NCBI GenBank assembly: GCA_036338595.1
Contig: JAYZBV010000054.1
Span: 1 to 29,957 of the forward strand
Length of the DNA stretch: 29,957 bases
Direction: 5' to 3'
Source of the DNA: Planctomycetota bacterium
GTDB taxonomy: Bacteria > Planctomycetota > UBA8108 > UBA1146
In this document: positions 8,932-18,451 of the stretch, in pieces
How the letters are laid out: each line of letters opens with the position of its first letter
Numbering within the stretch: position 1 is the stretch's first letter
Translations under genes and position numbers: made by a program
Notes under the pieces: generated by a model
The model's database searches: none
The model's input: the letters and a program-made list of their open reading frames with translations, nothing else
Told to the model about the DNA's origin: nothing

Positions 8932-10896
8932 ATGATGGACCGGAATTGGACGCGTGGAGTTCTCTCAGCGGTGGCTCCCATTCTGGGACTGCTGCTACTG
9001 TCAAATCCGGTGCACGCGGATCCGCCAGTCGGGTATTACAACCCGGCCAATGGGCTCGTCGGCGAACCCCTTCGGCAAGCGTTGCACGGCATCATCGATG
9101 ATCATCAACGATTCCCCTACACCAGTTCAGCGACCGATACCTGGGATATCGTCGGAGCCGCCGATGAGGATCCGGCCAATCCCGCCAATGTGATCACCAT
9201 CTATCGCAACACATCCGTGCCGTGGTCCTTTCAGAACACAGCCGATGGCTGGAACCGAGAACACTCCTGGCCATCTTCCTACGGTTACACCAATGACAAT
9301 TCTTGTAACTACCCCTACTCCGATGCGCACCAGCTGCGAGCGTCTAGCCCTTCCTACAATTCTGCCCGCAGCAATCGTCCCTACGATTGGTGCACGGGAG
9401 GTTGCACCTCGCACATTGCGGAAGGGACTCCCTTCAGCAATCTGTCTGGAGGCTTTGGAAGCAGCGGTTCGTGGCAAGTGTGGGAAGATCGTCGCGGAGA
9501 TCTGGCCAGGGGAGTCCTCTACATGGAGACCCGCTACGATGGGGGTAATCACTCCGCCACCGGTTGCTCGGAGCCGGATCTGCGAGTGACCGACAATCGA
9601 GCGCTGATCGTCTCCAATACCAGCGCCAATCTGAGTGTGGCCTACATGGGTCTGCTCTCGACACTCCTGGAATGGCACATGGAGGACCCGGTCAGTGCAG
9701 AAGAACAACTGCGTAATGATGTTGTTTTTGGATACCAGGGGAATCGCAATCCGTATGTCGATCATCCTGAATTCGTGTGTTTGATCTGGTCGTGTCCGAG
9801 TTCAGACACCACCCCGCCCTCGGTTCCCACCGGCCTGTCCGCTGCTGCTGCTACGGAGTGCCAGGTCACCATCGACTGGCTCGACAACAACGAGTCAGAC
9901 CTGTCGGGATACACGGTATATCGCTCCCTGGCTGCGATCGGTCCCTTCACCGTGCTGTCCACATCGGGAACCAGCACTCACATCGATACGACCGTTGCCG
10001 GTGGCACGGAGTATTTCTACAGCGTCAGTGCCATCGATGTCTCCGGAAATGAAAGTGCCATGAGCGGTGCCGCTTCTGCCGTTGCGCTGACCGGTCCAGG
10101 TTGTGGGGGACCCGGTCCCGATCCCGGCGCAGTGAATCTGATCATCTCCGAGTTGATGCCGAATCCTGCAGTCGTTTCAGATGCCGTGGGAGAGTGGTTC
10201 GAGATCTTCAACCGGGGTACAGCCACTGTCGATCTCGATGGTTGGACAATTCGTGATGACGACATCGATCTTCATCTCATCAACGCTCCTGCGGGACTGC
10301 TGATCGCTCCCCATCAATTCCTGGTGTTGGCGAGGGACGGTACAGTCTCCACCAACGGCGGAGTCGACGCCGATTATGTATACGGGGGCAACTTGATCCT
10401 CGCCAATAGCGTCGATGAAGTCGTGCTGATCGATCCACTCGGGCAGGAACACACACGGATCAACTACAGTTCTGCCTCATGGCCCTATCTGGCCGGGTTT
10501 TCGGCGCAGATCAATGATTTGCTCGCTCCGAATCCAAACGATCCAACGGTATGGGTCACTTCTGCAAGCGCATACGGTTCGGGAGACTTCGGTAGTCCCG
10601 GAGGACCTGGATCTGCGACGATGCCTCCTCCGCCGGGTCCTCAACAGTTCATCCGTGGCGATGCGAACTTCGATTCCGCAGTCGATATCAGCGACCCGGT
10701 GTTGATTCTTGATCTGCTGTTCGGGTCCACGGCTGCGCTGATCTGTGCCGATTCAGGCGACGCCAATGACGATGGAGCGATCGATATTTCAGATGCGATT
10801 TCCGTGCTCCAGGCCCTCTTCAACGGCGCTGGACCGCTGCCGCCTCCGTATCCCGATGTGGGAGAAGATCCGACCAGCGACGCACTCGGTTGCTGA
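8932..10896 (+). CDS. Secreted endonuclease I (EndA/Bsn-like) with FN3, lamin-tail-like and dockerin-like domains
   Basis: Signal peptide. Nuclease motifs WNREHSWP, DAHQLR, NSARSN, RGDLARGVLYMETRY and RNDVVFGYQGNRNPYVDHPE. FN3 DTTPPSVPTGL...YFYSVSAID.SGNES. Lamin-tail LIISELMPNP...GEWFEIFN. Dockerin FIRGDAN from 10648. Confidence 0.9.
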   Translation: MMDRNWTRGVLSAVAPILGLLLLSNPVHADPPVGYYNPANGLVGEPLRQALHGIIDDHQRFPYTSSATDTWDIVGAADEDPANPANVITIYRNTSVPWSFQNTADGWNREHSWPSSYGYTNDNSCNYPYSDAHQLRASSPSYNSARSNRPYDWCTGGCTSHIAEGTPFSNLSGGFGSSGSWQVWEDRRGDLARGVLYMETRYDGGNHSATGCSEPDLRVTDNRALIVSNTSANLSVAYMGLLSTLLEWHMEDPVSAEEQLRNDVVFGYQGNRNPYVDHPEFVCLIWSCPSSDTTPPSVPTGLSAAAATECQVTIDWLDNNESDLSGYTVYRSLAAIGPFTVLSTSGTSTHIDTTVAGGTEYFYSVSAIDVSGNESAMSGAASAVALTGPGCGGPGPDPGAVNLIISELMPNPAVVSDAVGEWFEIFNRGTATVDLDGWTIRDDDIDLHLINAPAGLLIAPHQFLVLARDGTVSTNGGVDADYVYGGNLILANSVDEVVLIDPLGQEHTRINYSSASWPYLAGFSAQINDLLAPNPNDPTVWVTSASAYGSGDFGSPGGPGSATMPPPPGPQQFIRGDANFDSAVDISDPVLILDLLFGSTAALICADSGDANDDGAIDISDAISVLQALFNGAGPLPPPYPDVGEDPTSDALGC

Positions 10897-13819
10897 AGAG
10901 AGATAGTGAAGCCAGCAGCAGCAGCCACCCCGATGCAGGGGACAAGGGTGCTGGTGCGAGTTGATCCGCACCTCCGAGAGCCGCTCGCCAGCGCCAGTTA
11001 GATCCTCGAACTGGAGTGACCCCCGCATCGATGTGTGAAGGCGGACCCCACCAGATGGTACGTGGATGACCGAGTAGCCAATGCTCGGGAATCGAGGCCG
11101 AGTACCACTCCTGACCAGGCCGGGCTGTCGCCAGCAGCGAGGTCCCTTCCGCGCCAACGGGTCCGGCAGAAATCTCCATCGAGAGCGGATCGGAATCGAG
11201 GCGCTCTAGCATCAACTGGATCTCGTCGCCTGCGGCTCGTGTCAGAAGACCCCTTCGACGTGGTTCCTTGCGTCTGTCCGCAGATGCAGCGAGCAGTTCA
11301 GAAAGGTGCGCATGAGTTCTGTTGACAGCACCTGGCAGGCTGAACGAGTCGAGACCCGAGTACCAGATGGCACTGATCCCGGCACCGAGGCGCCTCACCG
11401 CGAGCATCGGTGCACCTCGGCCATCGACCCACAAGATTTTTCCATCCGGAGCCCTGGATGAAAGATCGACCGCAATCCTCCGCACGGGAACCGGCGGTGC
11501 CTGTGGACCGGCATCGATGAACGGATCGACACTGGCGATCCGTAGCGGTTTTTCGACCGGCTGCCACCCCAGATCATCGGGACGGATGGCCTCCTGTAGA
11601 AGTGCCCTGGCATGACCGGAGTCTGGCGCCCGATGCACTTCTCCCCCGGCTTCACTACTCAGAGGGGTCACCGCAGACAGGTCGATCTGGTCACCGACCA
11701 GCACGATGTCGAGTTCGATCCCGTCGCGCCGAAGTGACTGTCCGATCGATATCCAGTCATCGGGAGTGGTGCGGCCGTCGGTGATCACGACCAGTGACTT
11801 GCCACCCTCATTGGCCACCAGCATCCGATGGCAAGCGCGCACTGCTCCTCCCAGGTCGGTTCCTCCACCCGTGGAGATCTGGTCAGGAATTTGATCGATG
11901 ATCGATTCATCGATGGGAGTCCCCGGCTCGATGATCCAGTGCATCTGATCTCGAAATCCCGCAATCCCCCAGCGACTCTGGCGAGGAGTGGCCTGTAGCA
12001 GCGACCGGGTTCCGGCGAGAAGAGTCGAGGCCGCTTCTCCGGTGAGGCTGCCGGAGAGGTCGAGCAGCAAGATGCCCAGGTCCTGCACCGGCGGCTCGGG
12101 TGGCGGTGGGATCTCGGTCGCGAGGACTCGCTGCAGTCGCAGTCGTGTCGCCTCATCATCGCAGAAGCGATCTGTAGGCAGAGCCAGCAAGGTGCCTCCG
12201 CGACCGATCCAGTCCTCCAGAGCTTCTATTTGTGCCTCATCGATGGAGATGGCGTTCCATACGATGACCGCTCCGGCAGCAGGCTCGGGCAACGAGCCGC
12301 TGCCGCCGACGGTGGAGAAGACCGATTCTGGCAGCAGATGTTTCGCCATCGAACCGCTGTCACTCCAGAGCGCCGCCCGAATCGGCTCCTCGACGATCAC
12401 GACCATCGCCACGGCCGGGTCGCCCTGTCCATCCAGCTGCCATACTCCAGGGGAGGATGCGATCCACGGCAACTCGATCTGCATCGATTCCCCCTCGGGG
12501 GAGCGAGCAGTGGCCCGGCTCATGTTTCCGATCGAGAATGGCTGACCGAGCCGAAGCCTGTGTTCCCGGCGACCTCCTGCTCGCTCAGAATCATGCGCCA
12601 TCGAGATGCCTACACCGCGACCACGAAGCAGACGCACCAGGTCCGGCGAAGGGGGTGGTGTCGAGTGGAAGACCTCGATGGTCGTTCCCGGATCGCTGGT
12701 TGCGCTGACCCGGTCCCAATCCGCATCCGAATCGAGGAGCGGCTGGACTTCGGGAACCTGACCGATGATGAGTGCGACGATGATGAGAGAAGCAGAAATC
12801 TGACCGTTTCTGCCGAGAAACGCAAAGATGCAGATCGCCATCGCTATCGCCAGTATCAGCGAGGATTGCCTCGAAATCGCTGACAGCCAGGTGGTCGCCT
12901 CGAAGGGACCGGCTGCGCCCAGGTCCCTGATCATCCTGCCGAGAACTACCGGCCAGTCCGATCGCTTCCAGAGGTCGCCGCTGCCGGGAAGGAATCCCCA
13001 CCGGTACCCCGCTTCGCTGCGAATCAGCAGCGCATTGGCGTCCTCGTCGACGAGAATCGGTTCAGCCGTGGTTTCCTCACCGAGCACCTCGCTACTTCGA
13101 AGGATGGTCCAGTAGCGTGGATGAAGCCCCTCAAGAATGACGGGCCCCGCAGCAGTAGGCCGGGCTCTGGGCAATATCATCGATCCCTCGTCGGCAGGGA
13201 AGGAGATGATTGGAAGGGTGGTCGAGGCGTTCGCTCCCCGGAGCAGCAGCACCTCTGGATGTAGATCCTCGATGATGATCAACCCCGATTCCTCGAGTAC
13301 CTCGAGTGCTGCTGCAACATGAGCGAGATCAGTTCGATCAGAAATCAGCACGGCGGATGCCAGCGGAGGAATCGGGCAGTGATGGCGGCCGGAGCTACTG
13401 GTGACGACGATAGGAGTACCGGCCGGAAGCGGCGGCTGATGGACGCTCGCCTCCCCCGCAGCGGAGAGTTGGATGGTCCGGGCGGACTGCGTACCGATCT
13501 GCAGCTGGCATCGTTCGGATCCTGGTAGCTGGATATCGATGACGAGGGAGCCATCGGTGATCCGTCGGGCTGCGACCGGCCCCTCGTCGGTCGGAATCAG
13601 TCGCGGACCCGAGGCGATGACGATCAGAGCCATTGCCAGCAGCAGCGACCTCAGCGGCATTCCGTGTGCTTTTTGTGCCACGGCCAGATGCCAAATCTGG
13701 GTACTGGGCACGATTCGCGCCCGGACAGTGCTGGGGATCCTGTTGCGGTTCCAGAGCCACAATAACAGCGGCACTGGCAACAGCAGCAGCAGCCAGGGAT
13801 GAACCCATTCGGCCATCAT
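10820..13819 (-). CDS. BatA-like membrane protein with von Willebrand factor A domain
   Basis: BatA-type N-terminus WVHPWLLLLLPVPLLLWLW...VPSTQIW. MIDAS motif LLLDLSGS, GGTDLG and VVITDG. Start placed at ATG 13819, which overlaps the DUF58 stop (ATGA). Confidence 0.8.
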   Translation of the reverse strand: MMAEWVHPWLLLLLPVPLLLWLWNRNRIPSTVRARIVPSTQIWHLAVAQKAHGMPLRSLLLAMALIVIASGPRLIPTDEGPVAARRITDGSLVIDIQLPGSERCQLQIGTQSARTIQLSAAGEASVHQPPLPAGTPIVVTSSSGRHHCPIPPLASAVLISDRTDLAHVAAALEVLEESGLIIIEDLHPEVLLLRGANASTTLPIISFPADEGSMILPRARPTAAGPVILEGLHPRYWTILRSSEVLGEETTAEPILVDEDANALLIRSEAGYRWGFLPGSGDLWKRSDWPVVLGRMIRDLGAAGPFEATTWLSAISRQSSLILAIAMAICIFAFLGRNGQISASLIIVALIIGQVPEVQPLLDSDADWDRVSATSDPGTTIEVFHSTPPPSPDLVRLLRGRGVGISMAHDSERAGGRREHRLRLGQPFSIGNMSRATARSPEGESMQIELPWIASSPGVWQLDGQGDPAVAMVVIVEEPIRAALWSDSGSMAKHLLPESVFSTVGGSGSLPEPAAGAVIVWNAISIDEAQIEALEDWIGRGGTLLALPTDRFCDDEATRLRLQRVLATEIPPPPEPPVQDLGILLLDLSGSLTGEAASTLLAGTRSLLQATPRQSRWGIAGFRDQMHWIIEPGTPIDESIIDQIPDQISTGGGTDLGGAVRACHRMLVANEGGKSLVVITDGRTTPDDWISIGQSLRRDGIELDIVLVGDQIDLSAVTPLSSEAGGEVHRAPDSGHARALLQEAIRPDDLGWQPVEKPLRIASVDPFIDAGPQAPPVPVRRIAVDLSSRAPDGKILWVDGRGAPMLAVRRLGAGISAIWYSGLDSFSLPGAVNRTHAHLSELLAASADRRKEPRRRGLLTRAAGDEIQLMLERLDSDPLSMEISAGPVGAEGTSLLATARPGQEWYSASIPEHWLLGHPRTIWWGPPSHIDAGVTPVRGSNWRWRAALGGADQLAPAPLSPASGWLLLLASLSLFSNRVRRWSDLLPHRDTEAAAVQRR

Positions 13820-14658
13820 CCTGCCTTCACTTCGAGTGGACCGGTGTCGTGTAGCAGCGGCCGTATGAGCGCTTCCCCATCCTCCATTGCATCGATGTGA
13901 ACATGGCAGCCGCCGCGACGTTGGAGCCACAGTTGCAACTTCTTCTGATATTGCTGAAAGAGTTGTCGGTAACTGTCACAGGCCCGTCTATCGACAGTGC
14001 CACTCCATGTCGGTTCTCCGGCGGCTTCGAGTCGGATGCTTCCCCAGCGGCTCGGCGCGATCTCTTCAGGGAGCCAGGGACTGATCCATGTCATCTGTCC
14101 CAGGTGAAGCAACCCGCACAAACTGGAATCGGCATCGTCGATGACGATGCGGTCACTGATCATCACGACTCTCCCTGGACCCGCATCGAAACGCTGGATG
14201 CGGCGCAACGCTGCGCCGAGTTCTCCACGGGTCGCATTTGCAGGGTTTTCATCTGGCACCATGGGGCGGGCACTATCGCCGTCGAGAAGCCACTCCCGGT
14301 AAGGATCTCGGCGGCAGCGTGCGATCGCGCGGAGCAACTCGCGAAGTCGTGAGATCGCAGCGCCCCTGGCCCCGAATCCCATCGATGCTCCGCCATCGAG
14401 GATGACGGTCAGCGGCTCGTTGGTGTCATCCCGAAAGGTCCGGGTCCAGCGCTGGCCCCACCGAAGCCAGACCTTCAGGTCGAGTCGTCCCAGTTCATCG
14501 CCGGGGCACCAGCGAACATGTCCGTCGAACTCGCCACTACCCGCCCCCCGTGCACCGCGCCCCTGGCCCGCTCGCAGACCTCTCACTCCCCATCGCCAGC
14601 GCAATCGAGATGCGATGCGTTCGGTGAATCCAGAGGAGAGGGGTTCGGCGGAGTTCAT
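13816..14658 (-). CDS. DUF58 family protein (divergent)
   Basis: GSGEFDGHVRWCPGDELGRLDLK resembles the DUF58 consensus G.EF...R.Y.PGD..R.ID.K; also VILDGGASMGFG. Typical MoxR neighbour. ATG 14658 overlaps the upstream stop (ATGA). Confidence 0.8.
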   Translation of the reverse strand: MNSAEPLSSGFTERIASRLRWRWGVRGLRAGQGRGARGAGSGEFDGHVRWCPGDELGRLDLKVWLRWGQRWTRTFRDDTNEPLTVILDGGASMGFGARGAAISRLRELLRAIARCRRDPYREWLLDGDSARPMVPDENPANATRGELGAALRRIQRFDAGPGRVVMISDRIVIDDADSSLCGLLHLGQMTWISPWLPEEIAPSRWGSIRLEAAGEPTWSGTVDRRACDSYRQLFQQYQKKLQLWLQRRGGCHVHIDAMEDGEALIRPLLHDTGPLEVKAG

Positions 14659-17474
14659 GGCGCTCCCCATGTCTCGATCACTCCCCAGGGACGCGCGATG
14701 GAGACCTGATCTCCCTCCAGCTGCGGAGGCGGCTGTACCCAGTGGACAGGTCGATAGACTCCCTCACCTGGAGCATCAGTGAGTGCCCGATGGGATACTC
14801 CGTCCTCATCGAGATGCCACAATCTATCTGCAAGAAGCAACACCTCGTCTCCCCATCGTCCGAGCGACGCCACTCGCAGGTGCGGACGATCTCGCTCATC
14901 GGGCAGTGGTGGTGGGGAGATTCTCTTCACTGATTCGCCGTTGAAATGGGCCAGCCATGTCTCGCCTCGGTCGTGGCCGAGGATGTAGGTTCCGATGCTG
15001 GTGGAGACCAGCTGATAGGCGCCTTTCCCCGGCAAGGAATGGACTCCCCGGAGGGTCTCCAGTTCCTGACCGAGTGCGTCGAGAAGCAACAACTGACCAT
15101 CGCCGTCGATGGTGCCGCCGGCGTACCCCTGTGGCGCTGGATCCCGGGCCGTCATCTCCTCGACATGGTGAGCATCGATGACGGTGGGGCTGTCGGTCAG
15201 CAACAAGAATCGGGGGCTGCCATCCGCGCCAGTGACCTCAATCAGACGCGGAGTCACTGCATCGGCCCACGGAAGATCGGGTCGAAGCGTGGCAGCGGGC
15301 AAGGGTGCGAAACCCCCGACTCCAGGAAGAGGCGGCTGAAGTACTTCTTTCCACCACAGAGCTCGCGCGGATCCCTGCTCGAAATATCCGACCAGGCCAG
15401 AATCTGTGACAACGACACGATCGCCGTACCCGGCAGCAACCAGCAGCTGTTCTCCCGCAGGTAGCAGTGGTTGCGGTGCATCGGTGAACCCGATTTGAGG
15501 GCGAGAGGCAGAGGGTTGGATGCCGTGGCGACGGGTAGACTGCAAGATGAGGCTGGCGGCAGGAAGCGGTCCAGGTGTGCTGCTGCGCTGTGCCGAGGGA
15601 GATCGTTGGGCAGGGAGTGATCTGGGTTTCGCAGCAGAATCCTCGGTCGCAAAGAAACCGGATACTCCGGCGACATCCACCCACCAGCCACTGTCGGCCG
15701 CAGCTCGAAAGTCGATCCACTTCATGAGCGTCGAATCGCGTGCCCGACGGGCAGCGGCCTCGCAAAAGGATCTCATCGAGGCCCCCATCAGGGGAGGTTC
15801 TGTTGCCACTCGAAGCAATTCCTCCTGGACGGAGTCTCCGTAGATCCTCGCCAGGATCGAGGCTCTGGGTATTGCATCGGGTCCGATCAGCGGTTGGCCG
15901 TCGAGCGATGCCAGTTGGAGCTGAACTCGCTGCCTCGACCGTGCCACCTCGATCAGTTGCAGCGACTGAGCATCTCCCAGCAGCCATGCGCCATCGGTGA
16001 TGCGAAGCTGGACCACCGCATCTGTTTCCATAGTTGCTTCGCCTGCATCGGTCAGTTGCCACTGCTGTAGTGAGAAGCGAGGCGATCTCGGAGGATGTCC
16101 TGGTCGGCGGACCGGTTCACCGTCGGCAATTCCAAGCAGCGCACCGGGGGGAGGAAGCGTCGCCACTGGAAGAAATTGGGAGGGGTCGCTGATGATGGTT
16201 TCGCGAGTCCAGGTCGTCGATTCGAACGGTAGTTTCCAGCGCGCTTCGATTCCAGGCAACCACTCGAAAGCAAATGTAGCGCCGGGGCTGATGCGGATGG
16301 AACGCTCGATCCAATCCCAGTTCTTCGCCAGTCGACCCGCCTGGAACCACAAGCTCGACTCCATCGGGGTTCCTTCGAAGGCGCGCAGTGCGGCGGCCAC
16401 TGCTCTGCTCGCATCCAGCGGATCGATGGAGCGGCGCAGTTGCCGTTCGATGCTTTCGGGAAGACGATCGGGCCCGAGCCATCGGGGCCTCAGGTCGTCG
16501 AGGATGAGTCGAGTGCTCACATCCTGGCGCGTCTCGCCGCCTCCTCCGAGGCGCCACAGCGCCACCGCTCGTCGAGCGCGCTGCTCATCGTTCGCATCGA
16601 GGTGATCGATCACCTTGGCGAGCGAGGGTAACTGGTCCCGACGGTACGGGTTGGAGCGCAGCATCGCCTCGATTCCCATCGATGCACGCCACCGCGCTCC
16701 CGCCTCCGAGGCTTGCTCGATCAGCGCACGGGTATTCCAGCGATCCTCCCCGAGCAATCGCGCCAGCCTCAGGCTCATCGGCCCCTGCCGGGGCACTGCC
16801 CCGCTGTCGAGCAGCGCGCGGGCATCGTTTCCCAGACCTCCTGAGATCGCCACCTCCAGGGCAGCATCGAGTTGTCCGCGCTGCTGCAGTATGCGGCTGG
16901 CCCATCGCCAGTGTCCTGACCGATCGGCCAGCAACTGGATCGTGTCGGTGGCGGTTCCATCGGCTGTGGTTGGCAAGGTCGAGCCTTCGAGCAGTTGCAG
17001 ACCGAGTCGGATGTCGGCGAAGGGGGAGCTCTCCAGCTGCTGCCCGGCGATCCGGCGGGCCTCTTCTGGCCAGCCTCCGACGAGCCACATCCTTGCTAAT
17101 CGGTGGCGGGTGACAGCCGACTCATCCAGTTCCAGAGCGGCCTCGAGCAGTTGCACCGCTCGTTGCACCCAGCCATCTTCGGTGGCCATCGCGACCGCCG
17201 CATTCAGGGTTGAGAGAGATCGATGCTGCCGACCGTGTTCACCGATGGCATCGATCAGGTCTGGAATGCGCCCCTGATCCCGTGCCCAGCGAGTGGCTCG
17301 GGCCAGGATCGCCTCATCTGCTGGTGCCGAGGCAACCAGAGAGACGATCGCATCCAGCGCACTGTCATCGGTGGCGTGCAATCTGGCAGTCGCCAGCACT
17401 CCCACGATGGCGATCAGAAGCCAGCAGGTGCTGTGCATCACGGAGCCAGGGGAGAGCGGGGTGTGGATCCTCAT
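14655..17474 (-). CDS. Large hypothetical exported protein (helical/TPR-like N-terminal half, beta-rich C-terminal half)
   Basis: Long ORF. ATG 17474 overlaps the moxR stop (ATGA). Hydrophobic segment WLLIAIVGVLATARLHA. No family recognised. Confidence 0.65.
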   Translation of the reverse strand: MRIHTPLSPGSVMHSTCWLLIAIVGVLATARLHATDDSALDAIVSLVASAPADEAILARATRWARDQGRIPDLIDAIGEHGRQHRSLSTLNAAVAMATEDGWVQRAVQLLEAALELDESAVTRHRLARMWLVGGWPEEARRIAGQQLESSPFADIRLGLQLLEGSTLPTTADGTATDTIQLLADRSGHWRWASRILQQRGQLDAALEVAISGGLGNDARALLDSGAVPRQGPMSLRLARLLGEDRWNTRALIEQASEAGARWRASMGIEAMLRSNPYRRDQLPSLAKVIDHLDANDEQRARRAVALWRLGGGGETRQDVSTRLILDDLRPRWLGPDRLPESIERQLRRSIDPLDASRAVAAALRAFEGTPMESSLWFQAGRLAKNWDWIERSIRISPGATFAFEWLPGIEARWKLPFESTTWTRETIISDPSQFLPVATLPPPGALLGIADGEPVRRPGHPPRSPRFSLQQWQLTDAGEATMETDAVVQLRITDGAWLLGDAQSLQLIEVARSRQRVQLQLASLDGQPLIGPDAIPRASILARIYGDSVQEELLRVATEPPLMGASMRSFCEAAARRARDSTLMKWIDFRAAADSGWWVDVAGVSGFFATEDSAAKPRSLPAQRSPSAQRSSTPGPLPAASLILQSTRRHGIQPSASRPQIGFTDAPQPLLPAGEQLLVAAGYGDRVVVTDSGLVGYFEQGSARALWWKEVLQPPLPGVGGFAPLPAATLRPDLPWADAVTPRLIEVTGADGSPRFLLLTDSPTVIDAHHVEEMTARDPAPQGYAGGTIDGDGQLLLLDALGQELETLRGVHSLPGKGAYQLVSTSIGTYILGHDRGETWLAHFNGESVKRISPPPLPDERDRPHLRVASLGRWGDEVLLLADRLWHLDEDGVSHRALTDAPGEGVYRPVHWVQPPPQLEGDQVSIARPWGVIETWGAP

Positions 17475-18451
17475 CCGAGATGAGCCACCGCCCGGTCCAC
17501 TGCCGAGACGATCTCCTCTGGACCGATGCCATTGAGTTCTCCTTCGAGCGACAGGACGAGGCGGTGACGGATGCCTTCGTGGCGCCAGCGGCGCCAGTCC
17601 TCGTCCGCCATGTGGGTGCGTCCAGCACGGAGCGCTTCCACCTTGCCGCACAGGATCAACGCCTGCAGAGCTCTCGCTCCCGCTCCCAGTCGCACACCCT
17701 CTCTCACTTCAGCAGGAGCCGCGGGATCCCCCGGTCGAGTCGCGCCGACCCATCGCGCCGCTCGTTCGACGACCGAATCGGCGGCAATCACTCTCCTGAC
17801 CGTGCGCTGCATCTCGGCAAATTGCTTGGGATCGAGCAGTGGCTTCACCTCTGGATCCTGTTCGCTAGTCGTGGCCGCAGCGATTTGCGCCAGCACATCG
17901 GATCCCGGATCGGGCAACGGAACCTCGAGCAGGAATCGATCGCGCTGCGCTTCCGGAAGTGGGTAGGTGCCTTCCATCTCGATGGGGTTTCTGGTGGCGA
18001 TGACGCTGAAGAGGGGATCGAGCGCATGGCGGGTTCCGGCGATGGTGACAGCGCGTTCCTGCATCGCTTCGAGCAGCGCCGACTGGGTGCGAGGGGTACC
18101 GCGATTGATCTCGTCGGCGATGAGCAGCTGGGTGAAGACTGGCCCCGGGCGAAACTCGACCCGATCTCCGTCCTTGCCTGGAAGAAGGGTTTCTCCACCG
18201 AGAATATCAGCAGGCAACAGATCGGGAGTGAACTGAATCCGCCCGCGTGACAATCCTGTGACCAGCGAGAGGCTCTCTGCCAGTTTCGTCTTGCCCGTTC
18301 CAGGGACACCGACCAGCAGCAGATGTCCTCCCGCCAGAAGGGTGGCACTGGCGGCGGCCACCGCTTCCTGCTGGCCGAGGATCACTTCCTCGATGGAGGA
18401 TCGAAGTCGCTGGTCCTGCTCGCAAAATTTCCGTGCTGCATCATCCACCAC
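17471..18451 (-). CDS. moxR: MoxR family AAA+ ATPase
   Basis: GGHLLLVGVPGTGKT (Walker A), RIQFTPDLLPADI, GPVFTQLLIADEINR (Walker B), TQSALLEAMQE and NPIEMEGTYPLPEAQRDRF. Confidence 0.95.
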   Translation of the reverse strand: MVDDAARKFCEQDQRLRSSIEEVILGQQEAVAAASATLLAGGHLLLVGVPGTGKTKLAESLSLVTGLSRGRIQFTPDLLPADILGGETLLPGKDGDRVEFRPGPVFTQLLIADEINRGTPRTQSALLEAMQERAVTIAGTRHALDPLFSVIATRNPIEMEGTYPLPEAQRDRFLLEVPLPDPGSDVLAQIAAATTSEQDPEVKPLLDPKQFAEMQRTVRRVIAADSVVERAARWVGATRPGDPAAPAEVREGVRLGAGARALQALILCGKVEALRAGRTHMADEDWRRWRHEGIRHRLVLSLEGELNGIGPEEIVSAVDRAVAHLG

